From NCBI GenBank assembly GCA_044356295.1, contig JBIKWN010000015.1, positions 1 to 47,178 on the forward strand: a stretch of 47,178 nt of DNA. Direction: 5' to 3'. Positions 47,032 through 47,178 of this stretch are shown here, in pieces (position 1 is the stretch's first letter; every line of letters begins with the position of its first letter). The position numbers and the translations under genes were made by a program. Below the pieces are notes generated by a model. It was not told the origin of the DNA. It saw only the letters and a program-made list of their open reading frames with translations, and searched no databases. The stretch is from Bdellovibrionota bacterium. GTDB taxonomy: Bacteria; Bdellovibrionota_C; UBA2361; JBIKWN01.

Positions 47032-47178
47032 CTAATTAGATTTTATTGGAACCTCATCTGGCAACCCTTGTGTTGCCATTACTTTATTCATCCCATCAAG
47101 TGCCGCAGTCCGGTATGCTTGGCCAAGCGTTGGATAATTAAATACAGCTTGCGATAGATAGTCGATACCACCTTCTAA
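47032..47178 (-). CDS. sthA: Soluble pyridine nucleotide transhydrogenase, C-terminal part (runs off the window's right edge)
   Basis: Manual translation: ...[33 protein letters not shown]...stop. FNYPT...Y..AAL.G.N is the SthA C-terminal signature. Confidence 0.85.
   Translation of the reverse strand, partial: LEGGIDYLSQAVFNYPTLGQAYRTAALDGMNKVMATQGLPDEVPIKSN

Overview
AT-rich bacterial chromosomal window from a flagellated diderm. The gene set (CarD-IspD, tilS-ftsH-cdaA-cdaR-glmM, CheX, archaeal/eukaryotic-type ProRS, MlaEFD, FtsEX-EnvC-CtpA) suggests the former-Deltaproteobacteria/Bdellovibrionota neighbourhood; this placement is inference. Most of the window is housekeeping, with three tRNAs (Leu-CAA, Val-GAC, Glu-TTC). 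I see no integrase, transposase or CRISPR array. The stand-out feature is a tandem pair of ~620-aa flagellins whose central region is replaced by seven FG-GAP/VCBS Ca-binding repeats, a predicted integrin-alpha/lectin-like 7-bladed beta-propeller. The two genes share a 351-bp near-identical 5' block carrying a sigma28-like promoter and a CsrA-like hairpin, while their propellers have diverged. Also notable: an orphan VirD4/TraG coupling protein with an extra C-terminal domain, several orphan genes sharing a TGAA-N15/16-TACG(G/A)ATT upstream motif, a duplicated 5' half of tRNA-Val, an orphan gene bracketed by 22-bp inverted repeats, and several families of short intergenic repeats. All calls come from reading motifs by eye; no searches were run.
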